Shown: positions 34,830 through 44,671, numbered from the stretch's first letter. The stretch is 58,279 nucleotides of DNA from a virus (IMGVR_UViG_3300045988_062123:1-58279); one strand, 5' to 3'. Made by a program: numbers and translations. The notes: a model not told the origin generated them from the letters alone.

Positions 34830-35078
34830 ATGATTAAATTTGATAAGAAAAAAGTGGTAATTAAAGGAAACCAAAATGATTTAATGGCACAATGGACTTT
34901 CATTGGAAATGCGATTTATAAATCTATGAAAGCGCAAATTGGCGAGGAAACCGCAGAAAAACTAATGAGACGTTGTGCTGAAAATGTTTTTAAATCTGAA
35001 AAACAAATTGCGGAAGAAATATTGGAAATTTTTAAAAGAAAACAGGAAAAAGAAAGCGAGGAATCTGACAATGAATAA
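34830..35078 (+). CDS. Hypothetical protein
   Basis: RBS AGGAAAGGAAG before the ATG. Confidence 0.55.
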   Translation: MIKFDKKKVVIKGNQNDLMAQWTFIGNAIYKSMKAQIGEETAEKLMRRCAENVFKSEKQIAEEILEIFKRKQEKESEESDNE

Positions 35079-35505
35079 AGTAATTTTGCTTGGAAATCTT
35101 ACAAGAGATCCGGAAATCAGATATTCACAAGGGGAAAAACAGATGGCGGTTGCTAGATTTTCCCTTGCGGTAAACCGTAGATTCGCCAAAGATGGAGAAA
35201 CAAGCGCTGACTTCTTGAACTGTACCGCATTTGGTAAAACCGCTGAATTTGTCGAGAAGTATTTTCGTCAGGGCAGCAGAATGGGGATTGTTGGAAGAAT
35301 TGAAAACAACAATTATACCAACAAAAACGGAGAAAAGGTTTATTCCGTTCAGATTATAGTAGAAGAAGTTGAATTTGCAGAAAGAAAATCGGCACAAAGT
35401 AACAATCAAACACAAAATCAGAATCAGCCGGCACAGACAAATGGTGCCGATGATGATTTTATGAATATTCCAGACGGAATCGAAGATGGATTACCGTTTA
35501 ATTAA
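35071..35505 (+). CDS. ssb: Single-stranded DNA-binding protein
   Basis: MNKVILLGNLTRDPEIRYS... is an OB fold. Q/N-rich linker and acidic tail DDDFMNIPDGIEDGLPF. Confidence 0.9.
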   Translation: MNKVILLGNLTRDPEIRYSQGEKQMAVARFSLAVNRRFAKDGETSADFLNCTAFGKTAEFVEKYFRQGSRMGIVGRIENNNYTNKNGEKVYSVQIIVEEVEFAERKSAQSNNQTQNQNQPAQTNGADDDFMNIPDGIEDGLPFN

Positions 35506-35524
35506 AAGAAATGGGGGAAACAAA

Positions 35525-36148
35525 ATGAATAAATCGACATTGGAAATGGCTAGAGATCTGGTCGCAAGACTGGAAGCGGAAGAAAAAGAAGAAAAGGTGC
35601 AACTTAAAGATTTAAAACCGGGCGAAACTTTTATGATTGGAGAGCATGAATTTATCGTTCTGGAGCAAGTTTTTGAGGTTAATGGCGGTGATTCTGATTT
35701 AACAGGTGTTGTATCTAAGAATTTCATGCTTGAAAACGTAGCATTTGATTCAGATGCAAGAAATTATCGTGCTTCCGTTCTGAAAGACAAAATCGAAGAT
35801 GAAATTTTGCCAATCATTGAAAAAGAAGTCGGAGCAGAAAATATTGTCGAAAACTTATGCGACTTGCGTTCTGTTTGCGGAGAAAACGAGTGTGGAATGT
35901 TTATGTCAAAAGTACGTCCGATGACTTTTGACGAGGTTAGAAAATACCATGAATTTATCCCAAATGAAGATTTGGATGATTGGTGGTGGACTTGCACGCC
36001 TTGGGGTTCAGATAAAAATGGTAATGTTAGAACAATCGCTACGGTTTCGCCGGACGGCCACGTCGGCGCCAGTTATTGCCGCACCCATACCGGTGTTCGC
36101 CCATTCTGTATCTTGAAATCTGACATCTATGTGTCAAAAAATAAGTAA
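35525..36148 (+). CDS. Hypothetical protein (DUF6273-like C-terminus)
   Basis: WWWTCTPW...GVRPFCIL pattern. Confidence 0.55.
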   Translation: MNKSTLEMARDLVARLEAEEKEEKVQLKDLKPGETFMIGEHEFIVLEQVFEVNGGDSDLTGVVSKNFMLENVAFDSDARNYRASVLKDKIEDEILPIIEKEVGAENIVENLCDLRSVCGENECGMFMSKVRPMTFDEVRKYHEFIPNEDLDDWWWTCTPWGSDKNGNVRTIATVSPDGHVGASYCRTHTGVRPFCILKSDIYVSKNK

Positions 36149-36187
36149 ATATCAGAAAATGGGTGGGAGTAAATTTAAAGTTAGGAA

Positions 36188-36796
36188 GTGATAAGTTTGA
36201 GCAGATATCAGAACATTGCAAGGGCAAAAGCAATTGAAAGTGAAAACAAGAAAAAATTGTTGAAATTGAATCCAGAACTGAACGATGAAAGCGGAATTTA
36301 CTTCTTTCTTCGGGAAGATGAAAACGGATTCAGATTTGCTTACATTGGACAGGCGGTAAAGATACTTACGAGATTAGCAAGCCATATGACAGGGTATGAG
36401 CAACATATTGACCTTAGTTTGCGTAAGCACAAGTTATATGACGAGCAGAAGAACCCTCATGGATGGAGAGTGGAGTTTCTTAATTTCCCAGAAAGCGAGC
36501 TTGATGAAAGAGAGAAGCACTTCATCAAATTGTATGCAGATACTGGATATCAATTAAGAAACGTCAGCCTTGGCGGTCAGGGAGAAAATCGTGCAAGTGG
36601 TTCTATCGGAGAAAGAAAAGCACCTAAAGGCTATATGCAGGGCATACAGCAAGGCAAAAAAGTATTGGCAAGGGAATTATCCCATATCGCAGAAAAGCAC
36701 CTTAAAATCGAAATTAGAGAGGATAAGGCTGGCAATAAGGTGTCGCAGAAACAGTATCAGAAGTTTATGGAGTTATTGAAAGTGGGGGATGATTGA
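36188..36796 (+). CDS. GIY-YIG nuclease (homing-endonuclease-like)
   Basis: SGIYFF...FAYIGQA plus downstream R/E/N residues. Non-ATG start (GTG 36188 or TTG 36197). Confidence 0.7.
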   Translation: MISLSRYQNIARAKAIESENKKKLLKLNPELNDESGIYFFLREDENGFRFAYIGQAVKILTRLASHMTGYEQHIDLSLRKHKLYDEQKNPHGWRVEFLNFPESELDEREKHFIKLYADTGYQLRNVSLGGQGENRASGSIGERKAPKGYMQGIQQGKKVLARELSHIAEKHLKIEIREDKAGNKVSQKQYQKFMELLKVGDD

Positions 36797-37080
36797 TGGG
36801 TGTGATTTCGGATAAGTTAAAGAATTTGCAAAAGACATACAAAGAAAACAACTATGCAGAATACGACCAGATACTTCATTTTGCCATTGAAATTGCAGAG
36901 GAAGAAGAAAACAAATATTGCGAATGGCACATTGTTGATAAACCTAACGGATTGCCTGTTTATCATACTGGTTGTGGACAAATAAGAATTTGTTGTGCGA
37001 CAGGAATTGATATTTATTGCAATAATTGCGGAAAGAAAATTAAAGTTGTAAGAGATTTGAAAGGAGGCGATGTGGAATGA
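36793..37080 (+). CDS. Cys-rich zinc-finger-like protein
   Basis: CEWH...HTGCG...CNNCG. Confidence 0.5.
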   Translation: MMGVISDKLKNLQKTYKENNYAEYDQILHFAIEIAEEEENKYCEWHIVDKPNGLPVYHTGCGQIRICCATGIDIYCNNCGKKIKVVRDLKGGDVE

Positions 37081-37328
37081 AAATTTTAAGCAAGAAAAAA
37101 TACGAAATAATCCAAGAAAAAATGGATAGAGCGTATTCTGAAAATTCGGAATTAAAAAGGAAATTAGAAGCATTGCAATACAATATCGAGAAAGAAAGTC
37201 CGGAATCAAACTGTGGAAAAACTTTTTGCGGTGCTTGCAAAAATGGATATCAAGTATCTAGTGGGTTATATACTCAATATGCTTGCCTTTTAAATGTTCC
37301 GTGCGAAAAATTTGAAATAAAGAGGTAA
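37077..37328 (+). CDS. Hypothetical Cys-containing protein
   Basis: ORF in operon context. Confidence 0.5.
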   Translation: MKILSKKKYEIIQEKMDRAYSENSELKRKLEALQYNIEKESPESNCGKTFCGACKNGYQVSSGLYTQYACLLNVPCEKFEIKR

Positions 37329-37334
37329 ATGAGA

Positions 37335-38033
37335 ATGAAATTAAAAGAGTTAAAAGAAAATGTTGTAGTAGATATCAAGTCAGAAAAACAATGCCATGTT
37401 CTGATGAATTTACTGGAAAACGCAGGATATCCAACATTTACCCAAAGATTTTCCTATCCTAGTGGCTATTTTTTAAAAGTGGTAGAAATTTATCCGGCAG
37501 ATAAAAATTATATTGCATTATATGGTGGCAAGCCAACACAAAATAGTGTTTCATTAGAGGATGTTGTCGAGTTGGAAGTTAGAGATTCCGCAGTTTTGGA
37601 TGATCTGTTAGTGATTGTTTATGACAACATGGACGGAGATAAACCTAGTTATGCTTGTAAATTTGGCGAAGAATCGTCTTGGAAAACTCTTCCATGTTTT
37701 GATTTAAAAACGTTTATTGAATTTTATAATGGAAAATACGATTGCAAGCCGGTCAATTCTTCTGTCAAGATTGATAATGAAATCATTAAGGATAGCATTG
37801 TTTATTACGGAAAAGACGCACAGTCTACAGTTTGTATGGAAGAATGTGCGGAACTTATCCAGGCAATCAGCAAACAAAAACGAGGGAAGTCAGATAAAAA
37901 CCACCTTGCGGAAGAAATGGCAGATGTTTTGATTTCAATTGAACTCTTAAAAGAAATCTACGATGTCTCAAACGATCAGATAAATGAATGGATAGATAAA
38001 AAGCAGAAAAGAATCCGATCGAGAATGAAATAA
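37335..38033 (+). CDS. Protein with C-terminal MazG-like NTP pyrophosphohydrolase domain
   Basis: CMEECAELIQAISK...LAEEMADVLISIELL is a MazG-type EExxE...ExxD pattern. Confidence 0.65.
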   Translation: MKLKELKENVVVDIKSEKQCHVLMNLLENAGYPTFTQRFSYPSGYFLKVVEIYPADKNYIALYGGKPTQNSVSLEDVVELEVRDSAVLDDLLVIVYDNMDGDKPSYACKFGEESSWKTLPCFDLKTFIEFYNGKYDCKPVNSSVKIDNEIIKDSIVYYGKDAQSTVCMEECAELIQAISKQKRGKSDKNHLAEEMADVLISIELLKEIYDVSNDQINEWIDKKQKRIRSRMK

Positions 38034-38077
38034 CCTACAAACTACAGAACTTGAAGAAAAGGGGGTGCAGCACTCCA

Positions 38078-38842
38078 ATGGGTAATTTCATTAAGATTGA
38101 CCGAAAAATGCTGGAATGGGAATGGTGGCAAGATATTAACACATCGAGATTGTTTCTCTTTATGCTTTTATCTGCCTACTGGAAAGATGGAAGATATAAA
38201 GGTGTTGAGATTCCAAGAGGTTCGTTTCCGGCATCAACCGCCGATTTGGCAAAAGCAACATCACTTACGGAAAACGAAATCAGAACTGCCGTAAAGCATT
38301 TGAAAAGCACAGGCGAGATTACAAACAAAAACCATGGTAAATACACCGTATTTACGGTGGTTAAGTATAATGAGTATCAAGAGAATTACAATCAGAATGC
38401 AAACAGAATGCAAACTGTTGACAATCAGATAACGAACACAATATTAAAAGAAGATAAGAATGAGAAGAAAAGAAAGAAAGATAATATTCCGTATGCGGAA
38501 GTTATTTCTTACTTGAACGAAAATGCAGATACCAAGTTTAAATCTGATTCCAGTAGCACACAGAGATTTATCAAGGCTAGATTTGCAGACGGATTTACTT
38601 TGGAAGATTTCAAGAAAGTGATAGATGTAATGTGTGAAAAATGGAAATCTAACGAGAAGATGAAACAGTATCTGCGACCACAGACATTGTTTGGTACCAA
38701 GTTTGAAAGTTATTTGAATTTGGCACCAAAGGATAAAAAACATAGAGTAGAAAAGCCGAAAGCAGAAATTGCTAGAGAGACTAAAGATGAGGAACCGGAA
38801 ATGTCTGACGAAGAATGGACTGAAATGGAGGCAGGCAAATGA
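38078..38842 (+). CDS. Replisome organiser/replication protein (DnaD-like N-terminus plus phage conserved C-terminus)
   Basis: FIKIDRKMLEWEWW... is a winged-helix-like N-terminus. The C-terminal YLRPQTLFGTKFESYL is typical of Phg_2220_C. Confidence 0.7.
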   Translation: MGNFIKIDRKMLEWEWWQDINTSRLFLFMLLSAYWKDGRYKGVEIPRGSFPASTADLAKATSLTENEIRTAVKHLKSTGEITNKNHGKYTVFTVVKYNEYQENYNQNANRMQTVDNQITNTILKEDKNEKKRKKDNIPYAEVISYLNENADTKFKSDSSSTQRFIKARFADGFTLEDFKKVIDVMCEKWKSNEKMKQYLRPQTLFGTKFESYLNLAPKDKKHRVEKPKAEIARETKDEEPEMSDEEWTEMEAGK

Positions 38843-40671
38843 GATATGCACCGTATGAATTCAATCCGAGCGATGCGTATGATTTTGCCCGGCACGTAGG
38901 AATCCTTTGTAAGGAACGAGGGGATGAGTTGTTTTTTAAGACTTGTCCGTATTGCAAACCAAGAGCGACACGTGGAAATGTTAATACATTTTCCATCAAT
39001 CTCAAAACAGGACAACACAAGTGCTTACGTGCAAGTTGTGGTGTTTCCGGAAATATGATAACTCTTGCAAGAGATTTTGACTTTTCTCTTGGAACAGAGA
39101 TTGACGAATACTACGCACCGAAGAAAAAGTACCGAGAACTTCCTCAACCGAAAGAACCGGTAATTCCAAAACCAGAAGCACTACAGTATTTGGAAAGCCG
39201 CGGTATATCGGAAGAAGTTGCAAAGAGGTACGAAATAACGGTGCAGACCAAAAATCCTAACATTTTGGTGTTTCCATTCTACGACGAAAATGGAAAACTT
39301 AAATTTGTTAAGTACCGTAAAACGGATTTTGACAAGACCAAGGATACCAATAAAGAATGGTGCGAATCAAAGACAAAACCTATTTTGTTTGGTATGAAAC
39401 AATGCGACACTAGTTTTAAACGACTTGTAATTGTAGAAGGTCAGATGGATTGTTTGGCAGTTGCTACGGCAGGAATAAACAATGTTGTATCTGTTCCGAC
39501 AGGCGCCAAAGGATTTACGTGGGTTCCTTATTGTTGGAATTGGCTTTGCAAATGGGAAGAAATTATCGTATTTGGCGATTATGAGAAAGAGACTATATCT
39601 TTACTGGATGAACTTTCAAAACGTTTTAAAACGAAGATTAAGCACGTCAGAGAGGAAGATTATCTTGACTGTAAAGACGCAAATGAGATTCTTCTTAAAT
39701 ATGGTAAGGAACAAGTCATAAAATGCGTTGAGAATGCGATACCGATTCCGGTAGAAAACGTGATTGACCTTGCTGACGTAAAAGACGTGGATCCGTATTC
39801 ACTTGAAAAGATACCAACAAGAATACAAGAGGTTGACAAGCTCTTGTGTGGCGGCTTGATATTTGGATGTGTCAACTTGATAACTGGGAAATCCGGAAAA
39901 GGTAAATCCACTTTGGCAAGTCAGATTTTAGGAAATGCGATTGATTGTGGCTACAACGTGTTTGCTTATTCCGGGGAATTGCCGAACTTCCTTTTTAAGT
40001 CCGCTATAGATTTTCAATCCGCTGGTCCGCAGAATGTGATTGAAGAAAATTGTGGCGAGTATGTCCGTCGCTACGTTCGTAAATCAGCCAAAGAAGAGAT
40101 TGAAGAGTGGTATCGAGGAAAATGTATGCTTTACGATAGAACGATGGTGAATGACGAAGATACCGACCTTTTAAAGACTATTGAACAGATGATTATAAGT
40201 CAGAATGTGAGAGTGATTCTGATAGACAATCTTATGACGATGATTAGTCAGACAAATGTCAAAGGAAGTAAGTTGGATTCCCAAAGCAATATATCCCATA
40301 AATTAGAGGATATGGCTAGATTCTACAACGTTTGTATTATTTTGGTAGCGCACAAAAGGAAAGATAGTGGTATTGATGATGAAGATATGGATGATTCAAT
40401 TCGTGGAGATTCCGACATCGTCAATTCCGCAGGAGTAATCATCCACTACAACGTCAATAAGGACGAGGTGGACATGGACGAGTTTCCAAGAATTATTGCA
40501 GTTACCAAAAATCGTGTGTTTGGCAGAACGAATTACAACGGCTGGAAAGTTAAGTTTGATGAAAAATCAAAAAGGATCTATGGAAACAATGACGACCCGG
40601 ACTATCTTCTTGGATGGAATAAATCAGACGGATTCGTTCAGACGGAATACGAAGAATCGCCATTTACTTAA
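38839..40671 (+). CDS. Bifunctional primase-helicase (zinc finger plus Toprim plus DnaB-like P-loop)
   Basis: CPYC...CLRASC zinc motif. Toprim-like IVEGQMDCLA. Walker A is GKSGKGKST. Confidence 0.8.
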   Translation: MRYAPYEFNPSDAYDFARHVGILCKERGDELFFKTCPYCKPRATRGNVNTFSINLKTGQHKCLRASCGVSGNMITLARDFDFSLGTEIDEYYAPKKKYRELPQPKEPVIPKPEALQYLESRGISEEVAKRYEITVQTKNPNILVFPFYDENGKLKFVKYRKTDFDKTKDTNKEWCESKTKPILFGMKQCDTSFKRLVIVEGQMDCLAVATAGINNVVSVPTGAKGFTWVPYCWNWLCKWEEIIVFGDYEKETISLLDELSKRFKTKIKHVREEDYLDCKDANEILLKYGKEQVIKCVENAIPIPVENVIDLADVKDVDPYSLEKIPTRIQEVDKLLCGGLIFGCVNLITGKSGKGKSTLASQILGNAIDCGYNVFAYSGELPNFLFKSAIDFQSAGPQNVIEENCGEYVRRYVRKSAKEEIEEWYRGKCMLYDRTMVNDEDTDLLKTIEQMIISQNVRVILIDNLMTMISQTNVKGSKLDSQSNISHKLEDMARFYNVCIILVAHKRKDSGIDDEDMDDSIRGDSDIVNSAGVIIHYNVNKDEVDMDEFPRIIAVTKNRVFGRTNYNGWKVKFDEKSKRIYGNNDDPDYLLGWNKSDGFVQTEYEESPFT

Positions 40672-40689
40672 TCGAAAGGAGTGGACACC

Positions 40690-40908
40690 ATGTCAAGTGT
40701 GAGAGCGTCAGATATTCCGGAAGAACAAAAAATGTGGACGGATGTCTGGAACTGGAGAAAAAAGTATTACAATCCCGAAAACTCCGATGATTACTGGAAA
40801 CAATTTACGGACGATGGAATATTTTTGGGGGAAAAGTACGGAAAATTGTGTCAAGACATCGTAATTGCGGTTCTTGACGAAGTGAAAGGGCGGTGGAAAA
40901 AATGCTGA
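40690..40908 (+). CDS. Hypothetical protein
   Basis: RBS AAAGGAG before ATG 40690. Confidence 0.55.
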   Translation: MSSVRASDIPEEQKMWTDVWNWRKKYYNPENSDDYWKQFTDDGIFLGEKYGKLCQDIVIAVLDEVKGRWKKC

Positions 40909-41441
40909 CAGAGGAACAAAAGAAACTTGTCGAGGAAAACTATAAATTAGTTCCATACGTGATTTTTAGTGTCATGCACTTAGATGACATTGAAGAATGG
41001 CATGGATATGCGTGTATTGGGCTTTGTAATGCAGCAGTTTTGTGGGACAAAAAGAAAGGACCATTTGCCACCTATGCGGTAAAGGCGATAAAGAACTCAA
41101 TAATCCGTGAAATAAATTATAACGGGAGACAGTCAAGAAAAATTGACGATGAGAATAAATTGTCGCTGGACTATTGCTATTCGGAAGATGGAAGTGTAGA
41201 AAACGAAACACTACAGTCGATTATTCCAGATAAAAAGAACCCTGATTGGGGAGAGATTTTTGGAATGCGAGAATTGATTGAAATGCTGGATAACAGAGAG
41301 AAGAAATATATTCTACTTCTTATCAAAGGTTATAGTTTTGCTGAAATTGCAAAATCAGAGGGTGTATCTCGTCAATGGGTTCATGCTTGTGTACAAGGAG
41401 CAAGAAAAAAATTAAAAGAATGGGGTGCTGCTTGTGGTTAG
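40902..41441 (+). CDS. Sigma-70 family (ECF-like) sigma factor
   Basis: The region 2-like part is ACIGLCNAAVLWDKKKGPFATYAVKAIKNSI. The region 4 HTH is YSFAEIAKSEGVSRQWVHACVQGARKKL. Confidence 0.75.
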   Translation: MLTEEQKKLVEENYKLVPYVIFSVMHLDDIEEWHGYACIGLCNAAVLWDKKKGPFATYAVKAIKNSIIREINYNGRQSRKIDDENKLSLDYCYSEDGSVENETLQSIIPDKKNPDWGEIFGMRELIEMLDNREKKYILLLIKGYSFAEIAKSEGVSRQWVHACVQGARKKLKEWGAACG

Positions 41442-41640
41442 AGAAGAAAACGAATGCCGATACTGTGCGACACCTGCCTATCCTTGTATGGGCGATAGTT
41501 GCAGATTCCGTCACGTCAAGCATTATTACTGCGATGAATGTGGCTCGGATGAAGATACATTGTACATACTAGACGGCGAAGAACTTTGCATTGAATGTGT
41601 AAAGAAAAATTTAGAAAAGAAAGGAATTGATTTTGAATGA
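41425..41640 (+). CDS. Zinc-ribbon protein
   Basis: CRYC...C..C...CDEC...CIEC. GTG start uncertain (41425 or 41434). Confidence 0.5.
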   Translation: MLLVVREENECRYCATPAYPCMGDSCRFRHVKHYYCDECGSDEDTLYILDGEELCIECVKKNLEKKGIDFE

Positions 41641-41780
41641 CTAACGCAGAAAGAATCAGAAACATGACGGATGATGAGTTGGCAGTTTTTCTTACAAAAT
41701 TCAAAAATACATTTGGCGAAGAATATGAGGGAGAAAAAAGTTGCCTAGATTGGTTGAAAGAAAGCGAGAAATCACAATGA
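41637..41780 (+). CDS. Small hypothetical protein (47 aa)
   Basis: ATGA overlap with the upstream stop. The MTNAERIRNMTDDELAVFL-type N-terminus is common in phages. Confidence 0.5.
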   Translation: MTNAERIRNMTDDELAVFLTKFKNTFGEEYEGEKSCLDWLKESEKSQ

Positions 41781-41956
41781 ACAAAAATATTCCAAAAGAA
41801 AGATTGTGTTGTAAATATTGTTGGTATTGTATGTGTACAGAAGATACAATAGGTGGTGCTTATTGTTGCGCCGATATTCATGATTACATACGAGATGTAG
41901 AAAATTCGGAAATTTGCCCCGATTTTGACTATGATGATACATTTAAAAGAACGTAA
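41777..41956 (+). CDS. Cys-rich small protein (59 aa)
   Basis: ATGA overlap. CCKYCWYCMC...CC...C. Confidence 0.5.
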   Translation: MNKNIPKERLCCKYCWYCMCTEDTIGGAYCCADIHDYIRDVENSEICPDFDYDDTFKRT

Positions 41957-41970
41957 GGAGGTATTATAAA

Positions 41971-42132
41971 ATGAGCGAAATATGTGGAAACTGTAAATAC
42001 CATCAATACGAGAAAGAAAGTAAAGGATGGGTATGTTGCAATGGCGAGAGTAAGTATTGCGCCGATTGGACGGAATACAATGATACTTGCGAGGATTTTG
42101 AAGAAAGGAGAGGTAGTGATTATGAAAAATGA
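41971..42132 (+). CDS. Cys-rich small protein (53 aa)
   Basis: RBS AAGGAGG before ATG 41971. CGNC...CC...C...C. Confidence 0.55.
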   Translation: MSEICGNCKYHQYEKESKGWVCCNGESKYCADWTEYNDTCEDFEERRGSDYEK

Positions 42133-42406
42133 GTGGACTAAGAAGATGGAAAATGTAAAGCCTTGTCCATTTTGTGGAAGTATAAGCATATCCGCAAAAC
42201 ACAAAGATTGCGGGATATATTTGTATAATAGCTTTAATAAGATTCTTAAAATGAAAGTATACTGCTATTGCAATAAGTGCCACGCAAGAAGCAAACCTAT
42301 CTCTTATTTGGGTAGACAATACGGAGATGCAGAAAAATATGAAATCGGTATATATGATGACAGAATGAAAGAAAAAGCACTTGAAAAATGGAATGAAAGG
42401 AGTTAG
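42122..42406 (+). CDS. Lar-family-like restriction alleviation protein
   Basis: The VKPCPFCGS motif near the N-terminus and a second CNKCH pair match the Lar pattern. Confidence 0.55.
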   Translation: MKNEWTKKMENVKPCPFCGSISISAKHKDCGIYLYNSFNKILKMKVYCYCNKCHARSKPISYLGRQYGDAEKYEIGIYDDRMKEKALEKWNERS

Positions 42407-42439
42407 CAGATAAACGATAGATATTTATTCAAGGCAAAG

Positions 42440-42769
42440 ATGATTGATAATGGGGAGTGGAAAATTGGGTTTCTCACATTTCATAAAACAGGCAAAGCAT
42501 TTATTAAACCTATTTTTGGTGATGCAAGAAGTTCGGAAGAAGTAGATCCATCTACAATCTGCCAATGCACAGGCTTGAAAGACAAGAATGGCAAGTTGAT
42601 TTGGGAGAATGATATTTTAAAATACGAATGGGATAGAACGATAATTGATTTCATTAAGTATCAAGCTCCTATTTTCACCTACTCTAAGACAATGCGCTGG
42701 AGTTTGCAACAGGATGAAGTTATTGGCAACATTTTTGACAATCCAGAATTGTTAGAAGGAGGAGAATAA
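42440..42769 (+). CDS. YopX-family protein
   Basis: QCTGLKDKNGKLIWENDIL...VIGNIFDNPELL is a YopX signature. The frame stays open upstream (INDRYLFKAK), so a non-ATG start near 42410 is possible. Confidence 0.7.
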   Translation: MIDNGEWKIGFLTFHKTGKAFIKPIFGDARSSEEVDPSTICQCTGLKDKNGKLIWENDILKYEWDRTIIDFIKYQAPIFTYSKTMRWSLQQDEVIGNIFDNPELLEGGE

Positions 42770-42770
42770 T

Positions 42771-43070
42771 ATGGAAATAGAATTAGATGAAGTAATACAA
42801 GAATATAAAGATGAAGCAGAAGAACAAAGAAGAGTTGCAAAATCCCTTAATTGCATCGAACTTGATTTTTATGCTGAAAAAAACGAGCAAATTGCGGAAT
42901 GGTTGGAAGAACTGAAAGCATTCAGAGAAAACAAATGGACTTTAATCTGGCAAGCAAGAGGTTACAACAAGGCTATTGATGATTTTGCAGGGAAGTTGAA
43001 AACTGAATACAAAAACGCAGTTGCGGAGCAGTTGAAACTAAAACATATTGAAAAAGAAAGCGAGGAATGA
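42771..43070 (+). CDS. Hypothetical coiled-coil protein
   Basis: RBS GGAGGAG before the ATG. Confidence 0.55.
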   Translation: MEIELDEVIQEYKDEAEEQRRVAKSLNCIELDFYAEKNEQIAEWLEELKAFRENKWTLIWQARGYNKAIDDFAGKLKTEYKNAVAEQLKLKHIEKESEE

Positions 43071-43072
43071 TT

Positions 43073-43672
43073 ATGACATTGAATGATTTAGAAGACGGAA
43101 TGGTTGTTGTTTTGAGAAATGGAGATCCATACATTGTTTTGAAAAATGTTTTTTATTATGGAGATATTCTTGCAGGGTACAAAAATATTTTGGAATTTTA
43201 TAATACACAAATATCTTTAACCCGTTATAATGCGGATATGACATTTAAGAATAAAAACATGGATCTTTTTGACATAATGGAAATATACGAAAAACCAGAG
43301 GATATTTTTCATGCATTTTTTAAGAAAGGTAAACTCATTTGGGAACGTAAAAAACACAAAGAAGTGACAATGCAGGAGATTGAAGAAAAATTCGGGTGCA
43401 AAGTAAAAATTGTAGGAGGTGAAGATGAACACAACGATGGTTGGATTCCATGTAGTGAAAGGTTGCCCGAAAATGATGATGATGTTCTTTGTTGGTACGA
43501 ATATAGAATAATGCAAGGCACTCATGAGGGAGAAATGAATCAGAAATTCGAAATCGGATATTATAACAAATATTTTAAAAGATGGGGTGGCGAAGTTTCT
43601 TCTGGACGTGATTGCAAAGTTATCGCATGGAGACCATTACCTGAACCGTACAAGGAGGACGAGGAAGAATGA
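43073..43672 (+). CDS. DUF551-like protein
   Basis: The C-terminus is DGWIPCSERLPENDDDVLCWY...VIAWRPLPEPY. Confidence 0.6.
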   Translation: MTLNDLEDGMVVVLRNGDPYIVLKNVFYYGDILAGYKNILEFYNTQISLTRYNADMTFKNKNMDLFDIMEIYEKPEDIFHAFFKKGKLIWERKKHKEVTMQEIEEKFGCKVKIVGGEDEHNDGWIPCSERLPENDDDVLCWYEYRIMQGTHEGEMNQKFEIGYYNKYFKRWGGEVSSGRDCKVIAWRPLPEPYKEDEEE

Positions 43673-43824
43673 GCAGATTGATTGATAATGCAGAGAGAAT
43701 AAACCATTTGCCAATTTCAGAAAAACCAAATAACCGAACAGATAAGTTATTAGAAATGTTGGTTTATAATACATCAATAATAATTGATGAATTAAGAAAA
43801 ATTAAGGAGAGTGAAGAAGAATGA
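43669..43824 (+). CDS. Small hypothetical protein (51 aa)
   Basis: ATGA overlaps at both ends. Confidence 0.45.
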   Translation: MSRLIDNAERINHLPISEKPNNRTDKLLEMLVYNTSIIIDELRKIKESEEE

Positions 43825-44069
43825 GACTAATTGACGCAGACAAATTAAAATCCAAAATCCAAAAATCAAATTGCAATATCGAACATCTTTGGAAAAAGGT
43901 TGTATTGGATGTAATTGACAATTGCAAGACAGCCTATGATGTGGATGAGGTTGTGGAACAGTTGGAAATATACAGTAATAAGGATGAAGCGGAACAACTT
44001 GGAACAATTCCAGTAGTTGAGCTTGAAGATGCATTTAAAATCGTGAAAGGCGGTGGAATTTATGAATGA
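43821..44069 (+). CDS. Hypothetical protein
   Basis: ORF in operon context. Confidence 0.5.
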   Translation: MRLIDADKLKSKIQKSNCNIEHLWKKVVLDVIDNCKTAYDVDEVVEQLEIYSNKDEAEQLGTIPVVELEDAFKIVKGGGIYE

Positions 44070-44508
44070 TAGATTGACAGGGAAAATACGGAATGTTGAT
44101 GGTAGTGCTAGTTCTATCAAACCTATTGCAGATGATAAAGGATTTCCTAATAAGTTTGGTTCTGATGTTCTTACAAAATTAGCAGATTACGAAGATTTAG
44201 AAGAGCAAGGCAGGCTTTTGAAACTGCCTTGCAAGGTGGGAAATACTGTTTGGGTAATTGCAACACCACTTTCTGTATCTGAGGTTGTTGCTGTTGAGAA
44301 AGGCAAAGATTCTGAATACAAAATATATAAGTGCTATGTTGATTCCGTTTTAATACCTGCTAAAGGAGAAATAAAAATGTTTAGAATCATATGCGAAAAA
44401 ACAAACAACATTGTTAGCGGTTTTATTACCGATCTTTCTTTTGGAAAAGGCATATTCTTAACAAAAGGAGAAGCGGAGGCGAAACTAAAAGAATTGAAAG
44501 GAGAATAA
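44062..44508 (+). CDS. Hypothetical protein
   Basis: RBS GAAAGGCGGTGG before ATG 44062. Confidence 0.55.
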   Translation: MNDRLTGKIRNVDGSASSIKPIADDKGFPNKFGSDVLTKLADYEDLEEQGRLLKLPCKVGNTVWVIATPLSVSEVVAVEKGKDSEYKIYKCYVDSVLIPAKGEIKMFRIICEKTNNIVSGFITDLSFGKGIFLTKGEAEAKLKELKGE

Positions 44509-44509
44509 A

Positions 44510-44671
44510 ATGGGCGATTTAATTATAATCTTGTGTACGTGGCTTATGATTTTAATTTTGAACTTTGAAATTAGAAAGGTAAAAAACGAAGTCATTGTCT
44601 TGAAAAAAGCAGTTGTTCTTTTACTAGACATTGAAAAAGACAATGTAAAGAAAATATTAGGAGGTAAGTAA
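44510..44671 (+). CDS. Small membrane protein (53 aa)
   Basis: The TM segment is LIIILCTWLMILILNF. RBS AAAGGAG. Confidence 0.45.
   Translation: MGDLIIILCTWLMILILNFEIRKVKNEVIVLKKAVVLLLDIEKDNVKKILGGK

Noticed and set aside
37390-37402. CTGATGAA on the + strand as another hammerhead core
   Set aside because: It lies inside a coding sequence, with no nearby GAAA plus stem III plus GUC arrangement.
41516-42319. 267-aa minus-strand ORF
   Set aside because: It is antisense to a tightly packed set of + strand genes that have RBSs and overlapping stops and starts. Its composition (Phe/Ile/Ser/Tyr/Cys) is typical of the reverse frame of AT-rich coding DNA.
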